From the NCBI RefSeq assembly GCF_009914755.1, contig NC_060947.1: DNA of 64,000 nucleotides, one strand, 5' to 3'. Position numbers and translations under genes: made by a program. Source of the DNA: the human T2T-CHM13v2.0 reference genome, Homo sapiens. Below are positions 15,037 to 31,063 of this stretch, one piece after another; positions within the stretch are counted from its first letter, which is position 1, and the number at the start of each line of letters is the position of its first letter. Under the pieces are notes generated by a model. The model was not told the DNA's origin. It worked only from the letters and a program-made list of their open reading frames with translations, and did not search any database.

Positions 15037-16334
15037 TCCTCTAATTTCTCTAATTCTACCATTTATATCTTTGGGTATACATTTACTTTCTAACTTATTT
15101 TATATTTTATTCCTTTATTTTTTCCTGTACTTCACCTGAGACTTTCTGTCTTGGCTATTATAATCCACACAATAGAACCTTTCTCATAAAATCAAGAAGG
15201 AAGAAAAAGAAATAAGCACTGTTATGGCAAATTCTCCTAAATCAATGGAAGGTCAGAGAGAAAATAATAGAAGATTTAGAGAAATGTACCTAGAACAATT
15301 TAATAACCCAATATAAAAGATTTCTTTTTAAAAGCAAGTTTATAATAAAATTTTCATAAGCATCAATAAAAAAACTTTCTCAGAAATTTATTAGATGGCA
15401 CATGAAAGACGTCTAGCCTAGTGATTTCTTTGTTCTTACTGTTTCATATAATTCTTACAAACACCCTAAAAGGGGGGACCTATTTCCAAGATGAGGATGA
15501 GGAAATCCAAGTCACACCTATGAGGTGTGGGAGGAAAAATGGGATACCCAGTAAACAAACCGACATTCCTTGGCTGACAGAGATTCATGAAGTCCAGAGA
15601 AGAAGGATGAACATAATAACTCTGTACTGTTTGGTGGATGTTTCAATAATTTTAAAAGTCAGTATTTGGTTGGAATTCATATGAGTTGGTAATTGAAACG
15701 AGATTTTGTAAAAGTACTAAATTTAATTTAAAATAGGATAGTTACAAAATGTCTCAGAAGACCAAATAAATTCTTAATGTTATTTTCCTTAATCCTAAGT
15801 TTAACAATTTTATTAATTTTCAAATACGTCTCATGGAAAAACACCAAGTCTTATTTATTTTAATCAGTCATTTATAAATAGGAAAAAAATGATTCACTGG
15901 ATACTTTTAAAATGCAAAATAATTCAGAAGTAAACTGCTTTAGACAAGTGGTTTTTACATACCAAAAAAATCAAAACAAAATACACATATCTCGTGAAAA
16001 CTTATTATTTCAAATTGACATATACTGCACTTAAATAATATTCCTCTAGAATGACCGTAGTCCATAGAGTTTGTAATTGCATATACAAATTAATTGTGAG
16101 CTATGAGGAGAACCTAAACATAAATATTCCCATGTAGCCCGTTTTGGAATTTTGCTTTTTTTCTCATCATTTATAATATTCTTAGCTATGTACTCATTTA
16201 TTCCACAAGTCTATATGTAAAGAAATTAGAAGTTAGCACAAGAGATGTCCCCAAAATATAGAAACTTATCTACACTTACACTAATTTCAGTGAAAATCTT
16301 ATTCTTCCTGTTATTTGATCCAAGACTCCTTAAC

Positions 16335-16561
16335 CTTAAGCTTTTTTCTGTAAAGGGCTAGATAATAGGTATCTTCAATTTTGCAGACCACTAAAGACCA
16401 GATGCCCCCAACTCAGCTCTGTCACTGCAAATTGTAGCCCCAAAGCATCTGGAGACAATACATTAAGTGAATAAACATGGATGTGTTCCAATAAAACTTT
16501 ATTTACAAAAATCAGGTAGCAAGTCTATTTTCACCCTCAGGCCATAGATTGCTATCTCCTG
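16335..16561 (+). mobile_element. hAT-Charlie MER58A-like element
   Basis: ttttctgtaaagggctagata...gtgttccaataaaactttatttacaaaaatcaggt...ggccatagattgc. Confidence 0.8.
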
Positions 16562-16809
16562 ATGATGAAATTGCTTCCCACATTTAAACTAATTTCTCTG
16601 AACTTCTCACTGTTGATTATCTTTCCTCTCTCCAATCTCTCCCCCTCCAATTGATTCTCATTGGGTCACTTTCCCACTCTATTGCATGTCCAAGCTAGCC
16701 ATCTCTGAAATCTCACTGCCCTCCCCCTGCCCTACCTCCATTGCTGTATATAACAATGTCTCAAAGAAATCATGCTGCATAAAACCAGTGGCCGCATTCG
16801 GGAAACTTT

Positions 16810-16990
16810 AAGTCGGCCTCACTTTGGAGTAAAATAAACATGAGGTCAAATTCAGGTTCTGGAATTTATAGGTAGTGTGTACTTGAACTTGGCAAAGTTT
16901 TTTAATTTCACACTCTTGGTACACACCTGAAAATAGATATGATACTAATTTAGAGGGTAATTGTAAGGCTCACAGACAACATACAGCGAT
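16810..16990 (+). mobile_element. MIR SINE (degenerate)
   Basis: actttggagt...gtcaaattcaggttct...gaacttggcaaagttttttaa...agagggtaattgtaagg. Confidence 0.55.
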
Positions 16991-19279
16991 TGTATTGACA
17001 TTCAGCATCACCCTTTGCCATTCAACTTTTATAAAATCACTTTCACTGCCTCATTGTTTTTATTTAGTGCAACCCAGAATAGAGAACTAACAACAATAAA
17101 GAGGAGTTTGGTTCAATTAGATTTTAGGTTGTAAAAATATTCTACTAAATTGACACATCTTTTCTAACTAGGTAAATTTTCTCCAAGGACATTAGCTATA
17201 TTCACCTCCTTAACATACACCAGTTGCTTGGTTTATCCCGTTACCTTTCACATATATCACTAAATTCTGTGTGCTTTCTCTTTATTTATGTTACATACCT
17301 TTGTCTCTTTTCCTTATTCCTTAAACAAAGATGTGGTATATCCTTCATAAGGGAGAGAAATCCCTATGGGGGAACTAATGGGTAGCTTCCTGTCTCTACT
17401 TCTTGGGCATCTATAGTGCTTCTGTGGGATAGTTTCATTATTAAAATTAGGGAAATAATATAAATAACTAGTGAGCTAATTAGGAAGACAATTATAAGGG
17501 TGTGATTGTGGAAATGGGGAAGTTCTTTTATGAGAGGTGATGTAGCATCTCGGAAGCCTCACGACAGTAGACAGTTTATTTTGTTCAGCACCTGACATAC
17601 AGTATAACATACTATATGTTTGTTGAATACAATAATGTGTCTCTTAGCATATGACATGTAACAATATTCCATTTTACCTTATACTGATATGAGGACATTT
17701 TTTTTCCTAAGAGAATTAGACCAAGGCATCTTTCCATGACAGAGCAGGGACAAGAAATGACACAAACTCCACTTGTTTATTTCACTTACTGCCTTCTTCA
17801 ATGCAGTGTTGGCTTCCCTATTCAAGGAAAGAGATTCTTGGAATCTCTTCCTATTCCTTTCCTATTCAAGGAAAGGTCTTCAGAGCCTGCCATTTCAAAG
17901 AATGGTATTAATTCTTGGGAAGACTCTGGTAGATTTCATTAACACCTGCAAATTCCACCCTCTGCCTCAAGGAAAGTAATAAAAGTCCTCTATCCTGTTG
18001 GCTGAAAGCAGTGGAAAGTTCTTCAATTTTATCATTGGCTCCTAATAGGAGTAATCATGCTTCAGGGTCTGTATCTCTGTGTCCCATAGACAACTAAAGC
18101 TTTTGATCTTAGGGTTCATAGAACTGAGAAGAACGCAGTAAGTCTTTTGCATTTCAGAAAAATAAAAGTATGAAACCTTTTGATAAGTTTCCATCTCTTG
18201 TTATACTAACATTACTTCTCATATTTTCAAGTAAAAAAAAAACTCAAAATCAGGGTGGGCTAAGTGATAAGAGCAATCACTTCTGATTTGGTGAAGATAC
18301 TAGAAGAGGATTAAAGGATATGTACAGATATGTGTATATTACCAACTGAGGAAATGGAAGCATGAGCAGAAAAGCGAAACAGAACCCTAAGTGAGGTGAA
18401 CATAGAAAGTAAACGTCCTAAAGTCATAAACAGAGACAAAACCTCACTGAAAGTTTTCACTTATAATATTTTTAAACAGATTTGACATTTCTTTCCATTT
18501 ATTTTCTGTAGGTATAGAATATTTTATAACTGACCTATTTATAATGGGACTACCACCAAATATCCATTTTTAAAATGCTCTCTCCATAGCATGAATGTCT
18601 TATAAAATCTAGTCTCTTTCTTAATATTGTTAATACAGAAGCTTCTCCTTCAAAGATTGAAGGTTTTTTTCTGCTTTTGGAAATAATTTGAGAAATAACA
18701 TAGTACTCACAGCCACTTGCCAACCTGAAAATGTTCAGCATTTATGTAACACTTGACCTTTTCAAAAATAAAGTACATAACTCAATCTTTTCAACTACTT
18801 TGCCATGAGATGTCCAGAACATTTCTGTGTAGTAAAATAGATTTCCTAGGTTACTCTGATTTTGCTGACAAAGATTTTAAGTATTCTACTACTTAAGATA
18901 ACATAATCTATAAACACACTTTAGTGTTCATAGACATAGCAGCACATCAAGAGCACCAAAAACGCTAATAAATAAGAGAGAGGCCTGACATTATGCATCC
19001 TATTAAGGATCTCTGATTTTCCACAGAAGATATCAAGTACCATATATTACATCAAATTATCTGAAAACCTGTATATTAAAAATTGGTAAAGTTTATTTCT
19101 TTCTTAATTCTTAAATAAGCCTGTGAAGAGACATTATAATATGTCCTTCTAGAACCCCAGTTCATCGTGTGTATCTCCTAAGTGGGTGCTATCCACTGTG
19201 TAGACTGTGCTTTAAATTATAATGCTGTCTTCATCATCTAAATTCTTTTAGAATTTACCACCAGAACTGAAGTATAGTG

Positions 19280-19500
19280 AATTAAGTGTTTACCATTTGT
19301 GAGGGATGGTGTAAGCACTCCACTAAATCATCTAATTTAACCTCACAACATAAGGGATGATTATTGTCTACATTTTACTATGAGGAGACCTGATTCATAA
19401 AGGTTAGAAACTTGCCCAAGGTCGAAGAGCTAATAAAAAGCAGAGATGGGAACTGAATTCAGTATCTGTCTCACGAAATCCTGAATATTAACTTGTTGCC
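19280..19500 (-). mobile_element. MIR SINE
   Basis: tctaatttaacctcacaaca...cattttactatgaggagac...aggttagaaacttgcccaaggtc. Confidence 0.7.
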
Positions 19501-21569
19501 AGACTTTTTTGTAATAACTCAAGGGGAAGAAACATTTCCCAGAGATAGCTAGATTTATAAAATTTAATTTAAAAATCAAAATATAATAATGTGTTATATT
19601 TTATGTGAATGTGATCATTCTAAGTCTCTCATACACTCACAGAATTGTGGATAGATTTCTTTGATTCATCCAGTCTTTTTCACCCTTAGAAATTTCTGTG
19701 ACCAATTTTATATGTTTATAATATGATTGTATATGGCATATAATTTTTGCATTCTAAACAGATAGCTTGTCTATATAAAAATAAAAAATGAACTACCATA
19801 AGTTTCATTAGCACAATGCCTTAAAATTTACTCACATTTTAAATTTTAAATCAGTACATAAAATATAGATACAATGAAATATGCAGCAAATATTACTGGG
19901 ATTTTGTTGGTATATAATCATACCCGAAACCTGTCAAAACTTAAAACACACCCATTGGTACATTTCAACTTATTTGTTCTACTTTGGAAAGCAGAAATGG
20001 AAAGAAACAGAATAAACAGAAATACCTTTTTGTCACATAGTGAGATAATCAATACTATGTTTAAAAACAAAGTTTCTTTATATTTTCAAAATAGCCTCTA
20101 GTGGAATCAGCTACCATATTCTTGATTTGCATAATACTTATAAATTTCCTACAAACTCAGTACATATTCTATTTGGAAGTTTTTATATATAGGCTTTATA
20201 TTACACTAAAAAGGTCATCAAATTATTGCCACGTCCATAAATTAAAATATGTTAAACTCCAAATATGAAAGTACGGCAGCTCTTCAAAAACCTTAACATA
20301 AAGGTAAATTAAAATTATGCAAATTGAGTAGAAAACTCATGCAGAAACTGTAAATCTGGAATAGGGAAGCCATTTAAGGTAAAAGAGAAATCGTCACAAG
20401 TATGCTTAGAATTTCCTGATTTAGAAATAGTGGGACAAAATACAATCCTACCTATCAAGCTTTTCAGATAATAACATTGTGCCTAGGCCTGAAAGTACAT
20501 GCATGACATTTGTTTGAAAGGATTGTGATTGCCTTGTAAACTTCTTTTACAAATTTATTAACACGGGTTGTTCCGTATAGTTGGCCAACATTGCTTATTT
20601 CTTCCACTGCCCTACAACAACCATAAACTCCCAATTATTCTGGGAGTAGTTTATCAGAGTACAGATTATCTGGAGGTGTTATTTCTCTTTCATTTGGCCT
20701 TTCACAGCTCATTAGTACCTCAACAAGAAAGTTAAGGCAAAGGATGGAAAGGCTGCAGAATTTCTAAACAAATAAATTTGCTCCTTGTCAGCAGCATATA
20801 CAGAACAGCATTTAGAGATATCACACAAAATAACTAAAATGGGATAAACAAAGATATTTAATGTATACTGTGGCAATTTTCCTTGAGTGATTTTTCCCTC
20901 TGTACTGTCAAAAATATTGACTGAATTGACTGTAGGTTTTGGCATCCAACAGACCTCAAAGTCCTTTGTTTTTAGCATGTAATTGACCATCTTTAGCGAT
21001 ATCACCTGCCATTGAGTAATGCATTACATTTGTTGCCAATATATTGACTATTTTTCAATGTGAAGACAAAAACTGAAAACCAAATTTGCAAAGGAAGATT
21101 GATGATAATCTTGAGTGGAGTCTACTAGAAAGCTTGTTTGATTTTAGGCTTGCCAATGCATTCGATGCCATCAGCACAGGGATATCTATCCTTGCCTTGA
21201 GGAGAAATAAGGGAATCAGAAAATTAAGGCTCTTTTAGTATCTACTCATTAGAGGTGATATATCCTTAATCATGAAAATAATAATGTGTTATATCCATTA
21301 TTATTTTGCTTTTTAATAAGAATGTAAGATATCCATAATCAATTGGTAAACTTATCTTTGTCTAGCCTATCTACTGGCAATTGAACAAATAATAAAAAAA
21401 CTTCAAATAGATAATTTTTTACAAAATTATTTTAATTACAGACTTGCCAGGTAGAAGAGCAACTAACAAAAGAGCCTTTATACATTCAATACATCATAAC
21501 TTCATTTATTTTATAGAGAAGAGCTTGAAAATCATATGGAATTCTGGCTCTGTCACTTAGTACAAATAG

Positions 21570-23005
<1,436 letters not shown>

Positions 23006-23239
23006 TAAATGCATGTCTCAAATCCTCCTACATTTACTTAAGTTACTTAATTTAGGTAGTACATATAAGGAATCTCACATTGTGGCTAGCATACTGTAAA
23101 AACTTAATAAATGTTTGTTGAACAAATTATGTGTCATTTCATAACCCAACCAACATATATCAGGATACTGGTTGTGATATATGCAGAATACATTTGGCAA
23201 TTGAGTGTTACCAATATATTATCAAACATGCTAGAGAAG

Positions 23240-23450
23240 TGTAGTGTACCGAGAATTAAGAATATGGGCTGTGGAATCAAAATATCTAGACTCAAATTCT
23301 TTTCTGTACCACTGAACCTTAGTGTTCTCGTCTGAAAATGGGAATAACAAGAATATAAACTCCTAATGTTGGTAAGCTAAGTTAAACATGTTAATAATAT
23401 ACATACAGCATGGAAGAACCTGGTCTTCAGTAAATCCTCAACAAATTTTG
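23240..23450 (+). mobile_element. MIR SINE
   Basis: gtagtgtacc...aagaatatgggctgtggaatca...ctcgtctgaaaatgggaataa. Confidence 0.65.
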
Positions 23451-24183
23451 TTATTGTGCCAATTAAGGCACACTTAAGAAGCAATGTCTTATGTATTCAA
23501 TTAATACTAAAATGAGCACATATTGTGGATTCATGTATCAACTATGTATTAATCACTCACTTAGATCACAATGGATATAAAGAATAAAAGAGCTGCCCTC
23601 AAGGAAATCATAGTCCAGTGGAGGAAACCTACAAGTAAGCAAAAAATATATGTGCTCTCATAAGAACACGTCCAAGAAGAAATGGAAGCATTGAAAAGGG
23701 AAGCGAAATATGAACTGAGAAGTAGGAATTTTTACACACTACTAAGACCTTGTCAAGTTAGTGTCTTCCCTTATGGCGCCATGTCTAATACACTCAGCGT
23801 TGTTTCATCAACGTGTTTTCCCGGTAATCTTTTGGGGGAATTGACAGTCAAACCATGAACATTGGTACTACATTTATATTTATGAAAGATCATTCTGGAT
23901 GCAGTGTGGAGAATGATCTATGGAAGATGAGGGCAGCAAGACCAGTTAGATATCCAGTGAATGACAGTATGTAATAGTCAGAACCTGACTGCTGCCATAA
24001 GAACTCAAGAACTGTTGAAAAAATGAATTGATGAGATATATACTGAGGACTTCAACAAAACAGAAGTAGGGAAAGAGGGGGAGATGACAGACTTCTGACA
24101 TATATGATCTTAGAGTGTATTGGACGTGGGCACTATAAATATGACAAGGACAGTACAGTTGTTGAGAATGATTCCTAGGTGTC

Positions 24184-24602
24184 TTTTTTTATTATTATAC
24201 TTCAAGTTCTGGGATACATGTGCAGAACGTGCAGGTTTGTTACATAAATATACATGTGCTATAGTGGTTTGCTGCACCCATCAACCCGTCATCCAGGTTT
24301 TAAGCCCTGCATGCATTAGGTATTTATCCTAATGCTCTCCCTACCCTTGCCCTCCACTCCCAGACAGGCGATGGTGTGTGATGTTCCCCTCCCTGTGTCC
24401 ATGTGTTCTCATTGTTCAACTCCCACTTATGAGTGAGAACATGCGGTATTTGGTTTTCTGTTCCTGGGTTAGTTTGCTTAGAATGATGGTTTCCAGCTCC
24501 ATCCATGTCCCTGCAAAGGACAAGAACTCATTCTATTTTATGGTCGCATAGTATTCCATGTATATGTGCCACATTTTCTTTATCCAGTCTATCATTGATG
24601 GG
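24184..24602 (-). mobile_element. L1PA 3' end (older, L1PA8-like)
   Basis: ttatacttcaagttctgggatacatgtgcagaacgtgcagg...ggttttaagccctgcatgcattagg. Confidence 0.9.
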
Positions 24603-24605
24603 AAT

Positions 24606-24831
24606 GGTCAGGAGTTCGAGACCAGCATGGCCAACATGGTGAAACCCTGTCTCTACTAAAATAACAAAAATTAGCCAGGCGTGGTGGTGGGTGCCTGTAG
24701 TCCCATCTACTTGGGAGGCTGAGGAAGTAGAATCGTTGAACCTGGGAGGCAGGGGTGCAGTGAGCTGAAATTGGGTCAATGAACTCTAACCTGGGCAACA
24801 GAGCAATAATCTGTCTCCAAAAAAAAAAAAA
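24606..24831 (+). mobile_element. 5'-truncated AluS
   Basis: Starts at ggtcaggagttcgagaccagc, has a complete right monomer and an A tail. Confidence 0.92.
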
Positions 24832-24869
24832 CAGCAAGCAAAGACAAAGCAAGGTTTTGTGAGGCAAGG

Positions 24870-25145
24870 AATTCAAAACCACCATATGACCCAAGAATCC
24901 CTCCTTCTGGGCATATACACAAAGGAAAAAATAACACAACCTTGTAAAGATATCCGGGCTTCTATGCTCATTGAAGCATTGTTCACAGTAGCCAAGATAT
25001 GGAAACAACGTTTAAGTATCCATGGATAAATGATTAAAGACATTATGGCATATATGCAATTGAATATTATTCAGTCCTTAAAAAAAGAATGAAATCTTGC
25101 CATTTGCTACAACATGGATGAGCCTAGAATACATTACACTAAGAA
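24870..25145 (+). mobile_element. L1M fragment (ORF2 end and 3'UTR)
   Basis: accatatgacccaagaatccctccttctgggcatatac...gttcacagtagccaagatatggaaacaa. Confidence 0.75.
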
Positions 25146-25847
25146 TTTAAACCTTGGATGACATCAATGAGCTCTAGAACTCCTCATGCGTAGAAATCAC
25201 CCTACATTTGACTTTCAGTTTATTTAACAGGTAACAACTTCTGGTTATTACTGGCCCGGAAGACGTTTGTAGTAAACAGAAGAGACAACTGTCTCTGTCC
25301 TCATGGAACTCACACTTTTGTGTGATTATACAAGCAATAAATAAATAAATTATATTGAACAAAAAAAAGTTTGTTCCAAATTATATTTGCAGCCACTTTA
25401 TGAATAAATTGTTGAGCTTAGTGCTGTGTGACACGATAAATTGGAGGATTAAGAAATGCATTAAGCAACACCAACAAGGGAGTACAAATATTATATTTAA
25501 CCATCATATTTCATTGGACCTTAAGTGCCATTCTTCTAGTTTTATGGAGGAAATGTATTAGGACATGATAATCATCTAATACTGCACTAAATATTGTAGT
25601 TTACTGTTACTGAAAGCATAAGATGGAAATCCTAGGGGTCAACATTATGTGACAGAAAAGATCACATGTATAATATTTGTCTTTTCTACATTTTGTCTAT
25701 TTGACACTGGGTCGGCTACACCTTCGCTTAAAAGTTCTCACCATTCTCTGCTTTTGTGTTTTTTTTTTTTTTTTTTCCAGTTTTCTACTCAAGTCAGATA
25801 ATGGTAAATCTAATTGCATCTTGATGAGCTACTTAAAAATACCCTTA

Positions 25848-26175
<328 letters not shown>

Positions 26176-27129
26176 TCATCTCAGAGCCTAAGTATAATTT
26201 GAAGCATTTCAAATTGCTGGCCCATTTGCTTATCAAATCTTGTTATATTTTTGAATCACATTTCATTGTTAAACACCCTCAGTGTATACACTCATATGTC
26301 CCTATGCCTATCAACTTTGTGGACTGAGACAAGAATATTTTTTTTACCTCAAGTGTAAGAATGTAATCACTATCAAAACTCAGACTATTTACTGATGTTT
26401 TTCTAAATGGAATAGTCTGTTGCATTATTCAGTCATGAGAAATCATGTTTTTGACAGGGCTTGTTTCTCAAGTTGGCTTAAAAGGTTCCTTCGCATCTCT
26501 GCATTATTCACACATTGCTGTAGAAGGTGCTAAAAACTTGGCATCAGGAGACAGAGTCCTACTGATCAGCAGGTTATCATATGAATAGTGGAATTCCAGC
26601 AGCAAGTGTTTTAAAACAAAATGCCGCCTGATACTTATTTTATCATGTTTTATAAAATCAAATCATGTTAAACTGTTCCAGTGATGTCATGGTCTCTGCT
26701 CTCTTCCCTATGCCATCTTGCTCTCTGATAAAACTTGAACTTGAAAGATTTTTTTTTTTTAATGAAGGGAGGAAAATACAGAGACTACGGCATTGAAGAG
26801 AATTAAGTAGGAATCAATACTAATAATAATCACTTACTAAAAATGGGAGTATGTTAGTTAAATACTAATGGGATTAAAACTTCTTATCGAAGCTGTATGC
26901 TGAATGTTCATTACATTTTTCTGGACATTTTTGTCCTGAAAAATCAACATTTATAGGTTGATACCACATATTTTATATAGCACATTGTATGTTATACACA
27001 GGAATTTACGGTGTACTGTAGATTCCTACCACAGAGTGTATCATCAAAATTAGGAGTTTATCAGAACTCTTAATTCTCTCCCAATCTGAAATATTAACAT
27101 CATTCTTCTATGAACTATCCCATCTCCTC

Positions 27130-28275
27130 CTTACTTTCATCACTGAACCTCAGAATTGATTAAACTTTCCTCCTTCCAGTTTCCCATAATCAGCCGTAAT
27201 TCTATGTATTATTTCTTGTTTTCCACACTTATACTTAAAAATCCCTCTCACAGCACACAAGTATACTTCTAAAACAGTAGATCCAGTTGCCCTTCCCCTA
27301 CCTGCATCCTCCTCAATTCATTTGCAGCACTGTTTAACATAACTACCTTCTTTAAAGTCTTTTTAAATATCTGTTATGTGATGGTACTTTCCTAAGGAAA
27401 CTCTTAAATCGTACCTAACTATGTCTCCCACCTCTAGTTCCCTACAGATAGATAGATCGATCAACAAAACAATCAATCAAATATTCTGTCCTTGAACCTC
27501 TTCAAATTTGATTGTACTTTTTTTCTCTGTGAAATTTCATGTACTTTTTGGGATTACTCTGTTATCTCTCTCCACCCTAGCCCCTGCAATGCGATTCTAT
27601 CACTGGTCTTAACTGATCTGTTGATAATAAACCCTGATTTCCAAATACAGTTAGCTTATTCTGGAGGCAACCTTGACACTTTCAACTCAGCATGGCCCTT
27701 TTTGGTTTTTTTTGGCAATCCTTCCTAAAGGCAAAGTGCCTCTCCATTCAGCTTCATAAGTCCCAGGGTTGAAACACATGACTTGTTATTCAAAACCTGC
27801 CAATGCCCTTCTCTTGCCTACTGAATAAAATGTATCTCCTTGAGCATGATATGCAAAATCCTCCACAATGTGTCCTTCAACCTCATTTTCCAGCCGCCTC
27901 TCCTACTCCTCCTCCCCTAACCATATGCCCTACACACGAAACGAACAGTCACAAAATGAACTGACGATTCGTGCTTCTTTCTCATTTAGCTCCACAAAGT
28001 GAAGTAATATTTCTATGGGATGATCTCCTTATAAAAATCATACTTGACTATCAAGGCTCATCATTCAGTTATACCTTCTGCTACCTGCTAAGCCAAGATT
28101 TATGAAGCTATAATTTATGGTCCCAGAGGATTTATATGAAAAGTTATTATACTTCCTATCTCTACTGTGTCTTAAAGCAGCTGTAAGAGTGTCTGTCTCC
28201 TCTCTAGTGCATAAAGAACCTGAGGACAAGTCAAGTAACACCCAGTAATTAACACAAATTAGATGATCAGTAAGT
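27130..28275. mobile_element. Degenerate L2 fragments
   Basis: tcaaaacctgccaatgcccttctcttgcctactgaataaaatgt...aaatcctccacaatgtg, plus an L2-like tail near 28200-28270. Confidence 0.5.
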
Positions 28276-30569
28276 ACTTGACAGATTAAATTACTAGTGT
28301 TTGACCTTCACATATGACACTATTATGTATATTTTAAAAGTATCACTGTTGATTAGAAATAAATTTTAACACAAAGGCCAGAAGACATAACTTAGAAATC
28401 ATAGGTTTAGGAATTCAAGATGCCTAGGTCTATTTTACTCTGCCTCTTACTAGCACAAGGACCCTTCAGTAAGTCTTAATCTTAATCTGTATAGTGGGAA
28501 GCTTGATTGGTGGTAAACCTCATAAATATTGCCATTCAAGTAACTGCCACATGCTCCTGCCATATTGTAAGTGTACAATGAATGCTACCTAAATTATCAT
28601 AAAACAGTCAACAGTGATAACATGTATATGTGACGATTTTTGCAAACCTTGTTCTATTTGGAATTTTAAGAAAGTAAGCAACATGAAACCACTGGTTGAG
28701 AAGATGTAATTATTTGTAAACAAAGACCTTTATTTTTAGTAAAGATTCATCAGTGCAACCTGTCAGAATTTTCTACTTCAAATGATTTAAAAATAAATGA
28801 TTCAAAAGTACAGTTTTTTTCCTGCTATGGCAGTAGTGAACACTGTACTAATTTGAACAGATTCTGTGAATGCCAAAAGCATTGTAATGTTGACAAATGT
28901 GTACTTCTAAACAGTGAGGATGTGTGTGTGTGTGTGAGTGGGAGAATAATATACATATAAAGTACATTCCCCAGGGTTTGCTTAGGTTTTGATGACCTAA
29001 CCCAAAGCATCGCAAAGATCCACCAATATAGATGACAGTTTATGTTGGAACACAATTTAAGAATATATACTCAGCTACAAGTGGGTCGGTACAAATTGTT
29101 AATATCTCAATGTCAATACTACTCATGAGTAAATTACCACCAAGATAATTATACATATATCTCTCACCTTGGATCTTTCAGAAATTTGGCCTAGGTACTT
29201 ATATAATGTTCTGAATAATGTATCTCTCTCCATTATTTAGTAAATTATGTCAGATTCATAAACATTTCTCAATTACCAGACATCAAACTGTTTTCAACAA
29301 ACTTCTTATTCCAATTAACTATAACTTCGATTTTTAAATTTATGTACATACACACACACACTCTGAGAAAAAGAGACAGAGTTCACCAGGTTCCCATTTA
29401 TCTTCAAAATTGACCCTATATAAATGTTATTTTAAAACAAAAGATAAAACCATAATCAGGATACTATTATTATTAACAAATCAGATTACTTGGCTATTTC
29501 TGCATATATTTTACTCTCTGATAAAAATATTATAATCATTTTCTGCCAAATATAATCTGCACCTCTGCTAATTACTCATTTTCCATTAAAATGTAAAAGT
29601 CAATAAAACTTATTTAGAAAAATGGAAAATCATACATCAGGTTGACCTGGGAGGCTCCCCTATTCTTGTCCTTTACAAAGTAATCTAACCAGATAAAGAG
29701 CTTCATTTTATTCAGCTTATTAAACCCTATGGTTTGTTTCTGTAAATTCTATAGTACACATTTAAGACCAGTCATCTGTGAGAAGAAAATGTAATACCAC
29801 CAAATTTAAATAACAATCCAAACTATGAAAGTAGATGCATATACTTTTTATATGCTTATGCTTTATATAAGCTGTATAGTATGTAACTAACTCAAGTGGG
29901 CTCATCCATCATTGGTTTATTGTTTCTCTGAAAAAACACCCCTCAAGGTCTTTATATGATAAAATGAAAAATGACAGAAAAGAAAAATATGATGATATTG
30001 GAAATAAGCACATTCTGAAAGCCAATTTGTCATTGTTTTATGACATATATTTATCTTCATGTATATGAGAACACCTAGCATAGTCCTTTGCTTCTAACAG
30101 GTACTCAATAAACTTTTGCTAAATTTTGAATATATTAGTTGTGGGACAGGTCCTAAAGTATTGCTCTAGAAATATTTGATTCATCAGTAATAGCCTAACC
30201 TATGCTAAAGATGACTTTGATTGATAGAGGGCAGTCCCTTTGAAAGAAATCCAACTGAAATGTACAGAACATAAAAAAAATGCAGTGGATATAAAACACA
30301 GCATTTTCCAAGAAAAAATAGAGCATATTTTCTGGATCCAATAAAATTAGACACACACACACTTTCAAATACACTTGCAATTCATGATATATTTTATTCT
30401 ATTAAGGATTTATATTATTAAATCATGGGAAAACACTGAACTCTTTCAAATACTACCATAAAATAATTTCCAAACTATATTCCATCCTTATGAAGGAATC
30501 TTGTGGCTTGGGAGCAATTAATCACCTCCCCAATCCCATGCATAAGTCCTGATTGCTTTAAATAAATCC

Positions 30570-30960
30570 TTTTTGCCAGGGACATAGAACAAAAATCCAA
30601 CTACAACATTTTATGCTTTAACACAGTATATTAACTGTGGAAACATGACTTAACATGTTCCAACCAGAAGGTGTCCAGAGTTCTGCTTGACTGAGAAAAA
30701 AAGTACTTATTTTTCCTTTGACATAAGCAAAGAAAAAAATGTTACAGTTCTGGCAGCCATCTATCATAACAAAACTGTATAGGGAAAGAAATAACTACCT
30801 GGCATAGATAACGGAAGAGTGAAGAGCCAAAAGAGCCACTGAGATACGGAGCTGCAGTGTGATGACAATGTGAATATTTGGATTAAAGGCTTACCAGAAT
30901 CCTGCCATTCCTTTGGAATTTTCTGTTACATAAGCCAATAATTCCCAAGGTTTAATTACA
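30570..30960 (+). mobile_element. MaLR LTR (MLT1-like), degenerate
   Basis: ctggcagccatct...cctttggaattttctgttacataagccaataattccc. Confidence 0.5.
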
Positions 30961-31018
30961 AGAAATCTTTAATGGAAGAAAAGATGTCACATGTTACTGC
31001 TCCAATGTGGATGTTTTC

Positions 31019-31063
31019 TGTATGTGTGTGTATGTGTATGTGTGTGCATGTGCGTGTGTGTGT
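31019..31063. repeat. Imperfect (TG)n
   Basis: tgtatgtgtgtgtatgtgtatgtgtgtgcatgtgcgtgtgtgtgt. Confidence 0.85.
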
